This document shows positions 24,801 to 29,360 of a DNA stretch of 29,360 bases, piece by piece. The stretch comes from Candidatus Micrarchaeaceae archaeon (GTDB lineage: Archaea > Micrarchaeota > Micrarchaeia > Micrarchaeales > Micrarchaeaceae). The DNA is taken from assembly GCA_050013715.1 (NCBI GenBank), contig JBEKES010000007.1, forward strand, positions 1-29,360. Reading direction: 5' to 3'. Within the stretch, counting starts at the first letter, position 1. Each line of letters opens with the position of its first letter. The notes under the pieces were generated by a model. It did not search any database. It saw only the letters and a program-made list of their open reading frames with translations, and was not told where the DNA came from. A program made the position numbers and the translations under genes.

Positions 24801-26698
24801 TACCTTCATGGTTTGAAGGAAATACCATCAATCCGGGAAATCCATATTATCTGAATGCTTCTGCAAACCTTACTTTTGTGCTTAAATTATCTAATTCAAT
24901 AGCTGCAAAAGGCAACGTTATAGTTGACCTGAATTTTGGTGCAAAAAACACGATAGCTTTCAACAATAATACTATTGGAGAATCGCCACTTTTGACAGGG
25001 ACATACGGTTGGTTTGATAATGGAAGAAACATATTCAATTATTACAATAACTTTGCAAACTATAATGGCTTAGAATTTCAAAATGAATCAAATTCATGGA
25101 ATTCACGTTATGGTTTTTACTATACATTAACCAAGTTTGGTAGAGGGTTAGGACTGGATGCGTCTCATGGTGCAGTAGATTGGCTTGTAATAAATTCAAT
25201 TTTCAACCAATCCCAAGCAATTGATGAATATATAAATTCGACCTCGACTTCTGCATCTGCCGCAGTGGACATATCTAGCTTTGCCATGAGCAATTCAAGC
25301 CAAATGATAAACATAGTGGGTCTTGGTATTGGTTATTATAATGGGATCCAAGAACAATCAAATTTATCGACATTTGGTAATATAATCTACTCCAATTTAT
25401 CTGCTCCTACTTATTATCCAATAAATTCAATGTTTGTTTATGCTACTACAAATTCACCTCCTAAAAATAGTTATGTAATAACCTACTACCAGCAAAATGT
25501 CTATTCGGATTATACAGGAAATATACTTTCAAATTCAAAGAATTACATACCATTTATAAATGGATATCCTGCAATCGTTGTGGCTGACGAGTATAATGGA
25601 CCTCTAAATAGCCCGGCAGAGGGCATGCAGTATTTCGTAAATTGGATTGATACCAGAGATACACCACCAATTTCAAATACACAGATAAACTCAATTACAT
25701 TGACAATATCAAATCCTAGCGGAACGGCTTCGCCAACGAATTCACTCCAGCAAATTGTGATAAATAGCTCAAGATATAAAAATTCAGAGGCATCAAACCT
25801 TCAAAATATCCAATTTGCTTATTCGAATGGGACCATAATACCTTCCTGGTTGGAATCTGGACCTAGCTTTAATGACATAAGCACTTATTGGTTAAAAATA
25901 GGAAAATCCATACCAGCTTCTCCACCAACAAATACGCTTCTAATAAAAATGAACTTTTATAATTACTCATTGGTAAAATTCAATGGAAACAATACTGGAC
26001 TTGCTCCTCAACTAATAAAAACAGATACAAGGTCATGGGCACAACAATACTATGGCCAATACGACGATGGGAATAATATATTTCCTAAATACTACGATTT
26101 CCTGACACTTAATAATTGGTACAACAATAATGGACAATGTGGATATGGTTCTGGCTGTACTGAAACAGGTTCTGTGTATACAACCCAATCTGGAGTTGAA
26201 TTTTGGGGGCAGGATGCAATTGGTGCTTATGCGGATTCATACCTAATTACTAATATAATATACCAACCTTCTAACATATTTGAGATATTCGTTAATCAAA
26301 CAAACATTGGCTATAATCAGTCTACCTATCAAAACCTAATAGAGGCAAACAACACCCCAAGCACTAAATCTATTGCAGGAAATGCGTTTGGATTATATGA
26401 ACCAACAACAAATGTTTTATTAAATTTCCCGGTGTATTCTGTTATATTCAACAGTGTTGAGAACCCCATTAATTATACTAAACCAAACATAACTGCACCT
26501 ATGGTTATTTCATTGCAAAGTAATTCAATATATAAAAATTACACGAAACTTACTGCCAATTCATTGTATTTGTCAACAACTAACATAACTTTTGAAGATG
26601 GGGTTGCTCCTACAAATTCAAGGGCACTGGTGTCGACAGTAGTAAGCTGGATAAGAGTCAGGAAACTGTCTCCATATCCTGTTATAAAAGTTACATAA
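21881..26698 (+). CDS. Large secreted protein: G1 glutamic peptidase domain, two 81-aa repeats, three DUF2341-like domains
   Basis: Signal peptide; SGWSGYV, WIGVGG, LIQVGT (catalytic Gln), YYAWIE, SADFITEDP (catalytic Glu); three repeats of FxYxNG(S/T)I(V/I)xSW(L/F)E...GExP..YxxxDxGxN(V/I)F; GTG start uncertain. Confidence 0.85.
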   Translation: MLFIKNLRVLIIVIFFLILANLHTYSQSVNVTDTARINLLSNTSFWESQGFIVYNISNIYNTNSTATFKSTPIFETTKIFSFNPINANDIFGGTVGTYYSSGWSGYVIPTNRLVGDVFGSWKVQNVSIFVTGSSSQWIGVGGISSLGDNTLIQVGTESDAPNDNTNYYAWIELVPHSEQELPNSIAPGDIINAVVMFDGNYVNGTQKWFVFINDTSKRWTDFGYFPYNSLQISADFITEDPCSSAYCTPANELPYAKFGYSDFGNDFAQSSAKLNGTIFSASSATINGINKNLGSFNNDMMCVSPSGNSCNYTVNRITPDNTSFSVTDSNVLVTLNFTSKTINKNAKVSMVSNVFRISPSNAIYQWFTANSVFGLNAIKIGGSGVFGHNVTTSNFLTTVNSPTIFVVFATDSGISPNPPIAYNYTIIKIIPNLTIVNSLTLGQSNTIIATCGNGDTCEILINNAIQTTQITTANFLWTPSTTGNYLVSAFDATEGLYTNQTVDVTNSISNSPILSVANTLYLGQSNTIQATCSMGDTCEILINNAIQTTHTTTANYVWKPAAPGNYLIGAFDSNSILYTNQTVNVIAPKVPQNVTSYVPITFYNNQSIGTGSNFQQIFYLNPSIYSNYLDPNLNNVVFFYGNGSIVNSWLEGGSWLNGQVNKTSREADYWLKINPGIPSNSNYTIYMGFAPFSTSEFNTTTTGEAPQIGCPNGNTINCTYARYDDGANVFSFYEDFNGNVLDSKWSGTNYIIDNGITSNGYVGYLHSYLQSTSSYSTLNVATDFYFGGGLGIFGVFGNGVGQLNRNNEYDSYGTTSIYFNSSNSLGTTDVSMSIGPTVFSVTANSTSDHTFDYVNGLYSLTSGRDLSTIHTFLFNSTGNIGFVNINSPLYVIRQRVNPPYGNMPGESIGNMVNVPYTNNLISTSYSPKTLLNPYNAPTPRNYQYVITINGLSYGSSPSPSFDNAWFTYTNGTIIPSWFEGNTINPGNPYYLNASANLTFVLKLSNSIAAKGNVIVDLNFGAKNTIAFNNNTIGESPLLTGTYGWFDNGRNIFNYYNNFANYNGLEFQNESNSWNSRYGFYYTLTKFGRGLGLDASHGAVDWLVINSIFNQSQAIDEYINSTSTSASAAVDISSFAMSNSSQMINIVGLGIGYYNGIQEQSNLSTFGNIIYSNLSAPTYYPINSMFVYATTNSPPKNSYVITYYQQNVYSDYTGNILSNSKNYIPFINGYPAIVVADEYNGPLNSPAEGMQYFVNWIDTRDTPPISNTQINSITLTISNPSGTASPTNSLQQIVINSSRYKNSEASNLQNIQFAYSNGTIIPSWLESGPSFNDISTYWLKIGKSIPASPPTNTLLIKMNFYNYSLVKFNGNNTGLAPQLIKTDTRSWAQQYYGQYDDGNNIFPKYYDFLTLNNWYNNNGQCGYGSGCTETGSVYTTQSGVEFWGQDAIGAYADSYLITNIIYQPSNIFEIFVNQTNIGYNQSTYQNLIEANNTPSTKSIAGNAFGLYEPTTNVLLNFPVYSVIFNSVENPINYTKPNITAPMVISLQSNSIYKNYTKLTANSLYLSTTNITFEDGVAPTNSRALVSTVVSWIRVRKLSPYPVIKVT
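23171..23635 (+). repeat. Intragenic tandem duplication, 243-bp unit
   Basis: 38-nt identical block at 23249-23286 and 23492-23529; peptide repeat LGQSNTIxATCxxGDTCEILINNAIQTT. Confidence 0.9.
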
Positions 26699-26717
26699 AT
26701 TTTAAATAAATGATTGA

Positions 26718-27722
26718 ATGCCACTAAAGAAAAACGAGAAAAGTAAAAGCAAAAAAGGAATGAATACTCTTCCTTTCTACATAGTGATTGCAGTTGTATT
26801 TGTGCTTTTTATATATTTCCAGAGCAGCAGGTACATTTCATCCATATTGGGAATAGCCCTTTTCATGATAATAATTGTAGTCATAATAATCGAGCTTTTG
26901 AATGGTGTTAAGGAGGAGGGCGTCACAAAAAACATAATAGAAATAATTATTGCTGTTTTTGTTGTATTGGCCCTGTGGTTCGGGCTCAGGTTCTTTTTGC
27001 ATACGAACAATCCTATAGACATAGTGCCCAGCTGCAGCATGCTCCCTAATCTGAAGAGAGGTGACCTGATAGTGCTGCATGGCGTTACAAACATAAGCGA
27101 GGTAAAAGCTCCAATCATAAACATAAGCAAAGCGGATTACAATACGATGCAAAAAAACATAAAAAGCGAGTTCCTCTCGTGCGTTGCCTACAACAGAACA
27201 GGCAATGAGATACAAGTGTCCCAATTGATAAAGCCAGGATATTCTGTCGGTCTTTTAAGCCTGAGCAGCACCGGTGGCCAGATAGTCAATCAGCAAAATC
27301 AGCAGAATAATCTGATAAAATACGCATGCGGCGCGCAGCAGATTCAATACTCAAACGGAACAACGGCAAGCGAAGCCTATACTACAAGTGTTACAATAAA
27401 CGGAACGACATTGAATGGCGATCGCAACAACACGATTGTTGTGTATCAGACAATACCACAAGACTATTTCTACCAATTGGGAGATAGCTACATAGTGCAC
27501 AGGGTCTATGCTGTGCTTAACGTGAGCGGAGTTTACTACATACTTACAAAAGGGGACAACAATCCAGGGCTTGACATGCAGTATGGCAATTATCCGGTAA
27601 ATCTTACATACATACAGGGCAAAGAGCTGCTCTCTATTCCCTATCTTGGATACATAAAACTAGTTCTTAGCAACAGCTTCAGCGAGCCATCTGGATGCAA
27701 TTCTACTGTACTGGATAATTAA
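26718..27722 (+). CDS. Archaeal signal peptidase I (S26B, Sec11-like) with large insertion
   Basis: SCSMLPNLKRGDLI (Ser), IVHRV (His), TKGDNN; three N-terminal TM helices. Confidence 0.9.
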   Translation: MPLKKNEKSKSKKGMNTLPFYIVIAVVFVLFIYFQSSRYISSILGIALFMIIIVVIIIELLNGVKEEGVTKNIIEIIIAVFVVLALWFGLRFFLHTNNPIDIVPSCSMLPNLKRGDLIVLHGVTNISEVKAPIINISKADYNTMQKNIKSEFLSCVAYNRTGNEIQVSQLIKPGYSVGLLSLSSTGGQIVNQQNQQNNLIKYACGAQQIQYSNGTTASEAYTTSVTINGTTLNGDRNNTIVVYQTIPQDYFYQLGDSYIVHRVYAVLNVSGVYYILTKGDNNPGLDMQYGNYPVNLTYIQGKELLSIPYLGYIKLVLSNSFSEPSGCNSTVLDN

Positions 27723-28576
27723 GGTATCGAATAGCCGCTCGTCCATGCGCTTTCGAAATATACTCCAATCGAATTGCCGTTGTTTCCGTTGCCGCTGTAA
27801 TCTTTCGTATCTCCATTCAATGGCCACCAGCCAACCAGGTTCTGCAATTGCGTTGGAGGTCCGCCGATTCCCTCTACATAAAGCGCCTTAACGTCGTTGC
27901 CCGAAAGTGATGTGTTGTATAATTGTATATTGGAAAGCAAACCGTTCAGCGCGTAGCCGCTTCCTCCTAAGTAACTCCCTATTACTATGTTGGATGTGCT
28001 GGGGATCAGCCCTGAAGAGGACGTTGCAACTTGAACTCCGTTTAGATAACTGGTAGTTATTCCTGTTGAAGGATTGAATGTAGATACAAGATTATACCAT
28101 GTGCCTGTTTGCAGCGCATTGGTGTTGAATAATGTGTTATAGCAGCCTGAAATTCCACAATCTGTGAATTCAGGATCACTTGGGCTTCCCCACATATAAA
28201 AGCTTCCTGACGTAAAAGTCAATCCTCTGTCGAATATCATGTACTGCGTGCTTGTTGTAATCTTTACCCAGGCAGAAACTGTTATTGCATTGGCTTGCAA
28301 AAGCGATTGGCTCGGCACCGTTATCTGGCCAGCGCCGTTGAATACCGCAACTTCTTTGGGCTCTATGCTGCTGCATACACCCTGCAAATTCACAAGCTGT
28401 ATTGTTCCAGGACCATAGGGCCTGTACACCTGGCAGCTTCCTGTGGCTGCCTTTCCTGCATAGGTATCAGAGTTGAATACCCCAAGAGCATAGAGTGCGG
28501 AAAGCGCGACTATTATTATGAGAATTGCCCATCCGTAGGTGATTAAATACTCCATAGCGCTTTGTGCCTTAAACAT
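27719..28576 (-). CDS. Class III signal peptide protein with LamG-like (concanavalin A-like) domain
   Basis: KA|QSAMEYLITYGWAILII; ITVSAWVK, WYNLVSTF, YLNG, NIQLYNTSLS, LVGWWPLNG. Confidence 0.9.
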   Translation of the reverse strand: MFKAQSAMEYLITYGWAILIIIVALSALYALGVFNSDTYAGKAATGSCQVYRPYGPGTIQLVNLQGVCSSIEPKEVAVFNGAGQITVPSQSLLQANAITVSAWVKITTSTQYMIFDRGLTFTSGSFYMWGSPSDPEFTDCGISGCYNTLFNTNALQTGTWYNLVSTFNPSTGITTSYLNGVQVATSSSGLIPSTSNIVIGSYLGGSGYALNGLLSNIQLYNTSLSGNDVKALYVEGIGGPPTQLQNLVGWWPLNGDTKDYSGNGNNGNSIGVYFESAWTSGYSIP

Positions 28577-28700
28577 AAATTCACCTCCAGGACGAATAGT
28601 CTGGTATTAAGATTAAAGTGAATAATTATATACCTTTCTGGTATAATAATTGTAGTCTATTTTATTAGATTCAGTTCTTGCATTTGATTAGTGAATCTTT

Positions 28701-28997
28701 ATGGCTGATTTAGCAAATAATATACGATTAGCAGTTGACAGCGGCACGGCAGCCCTAGGCGTAAACAAAGCATCACAGTCCATACTCTCAAGCAAGGCAA
28801 AGCTCGTAATTGTTGCGTCGAAGAACAAGGGAGATAGACTGAGCGACATACTGCACCTTGCAAAGCTTTCGAACATAAGAGTTGAAATATTTGAAGGAAC
28901 TCCCATAGATTTGGGGGTAGTTTGCGGAAAGCCCTATTCTGTTTCTGTATTATCGATAATAGATCCAGGAAACTCAAAAATACTGAACGAAAATTAA
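28701..28997 (+). CDS. rpl30e: 50S ribosomal protein L30e
   Basis: IRLAVDSG..ALG, KAKLVIVAS, DLGVVCGKPYSVSVLSIIDPGNSKIL. Confidence 0.96.
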   Translation: MADLANNIRLAVDSGTAALGVNKASQSILSSKAKLVIVASKNKGDRLSDILHLAKLSNIRVEIFEGTPIDLGVVCGKPYSVSVLSIIDPGNSKILNEN

Positions 28998-29007
28998 GTG
29001 ATAATAA

Positions 29008-29253
29008 ATGACAATCCTAGTAAAATCAGAACAAGAAATTAGAGCAAAACCTGATGAACGCATTGCCCGAATATTATTAAGGCAAAGTGATACTCAAGCA
29101 AGAGATGTTTTCCTTCTTGACAGATCATCAATGCTATTAAATACAACGCCCTCACTATTGGAAAAAAGAATATTTTTAATAGATGAAGCGTCGTTGCCTA
29201 AGCTAAGATCATATTTAGATGATAACAGAGTAGGTTATGAAGTAATAAATTAG
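29008..29253 (+). CDS. Hypothetical 81-aa protein at the usual nusA position
   Basis: Tightly packed between rpl30e and rps12 (10 and 11 bp gaps) with GTGA upstream; no KH GxxG motif. Confidence 0.6.
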   Translation: MTILVKSEQEIRAKPDERIARILLRQSDTQARDVFLLDRSSMLLNTTPSLLEKRIFLIDEASLPKLRSYLDDNRVGYEVIN

Positions 29254-29264
29254 AGTGAATACAA

Positions 29265-29360
29265 ATGCCAAATGGAGAATTCGCAGCAAGGAAATTAGTA
29301 CGTCAAAGAAAGCATCAGCGCTTACTTAAGAAATGGCTAAAAAGAAAACTTTTGAAATTA
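29265..29360 (+). CDS. rps12: 30S ribosomal protein S12 (uS12), 5' part, runs off the window
   Basis: MPNGEFAARKLVRQRKHQR matches the archaeal uS12 N-terminus (GxxAARKL); synteny with rpl30e. Confidence 0.85.
   Translation, partial: MPNGEFAARKLVRQRKHQRLLKKWLKRKLLKL

Larger units (their letters stand above)
17404..26698. other. AT-rich accessory island between the HEPN gene and signal peptidase I
   Basis: Visible shift to AT-rich sequence and A/T-ending codons relative to both flanks; heterogeneous cargo; boundaries approximate. Confidence 0.55.

Overview
Archaeal chromosome segment, most likely from a DPANN lineage such as Micrarchaeota. This is inferred from eL30 and archaeal uS12, an intron-containing tRNA-Ser, CCA-less tRNA genes, and KAQ-type class III signal peptide/LamG and DUF2341 surface proteins. 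Host-like genes include tRNA-Ser/Lys/Asn, a 2-Cys peroxiredoxin, DUF981, a two-component pair, pilin-like proteins, signal peptidase I, rpl30e and the start of rps12. They are interrupted by two visibly AT-richer accessory regions. The most striking structure is at about 5.2-9.9 kb: a stack of small (0.74-1.7 kb), mostly single-gene units next to tRNA-Asn. Each unit is delimited by a copy of the last 11-14 nt of that tRNA, and shared upstream motifs accompany most copies. No integrase is present in the window, so this looks like a tRNA-anchored, integron-like gene-cassette array. One unit carries a nested vapBC module bounded by its own hairpin direct repeats. The second island (about 17.4-26.7 kb) holds a HExxH/NDT-like/HD operon, a methyltransferase, a 51-bp-period array of hairpin-forming repeats with motifs shared with the first island, small membrane proteins, and a 1605-aa secreted G1 glutamic peptidase-DUF2341 protein. 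A lytic transglycosylase, a response regulator with a degenerate GGDEF-like domain, and a non-NusA ORF at the usual nusA position are also notable. All protein calls are from motif recognition by eye; no database searches were run.
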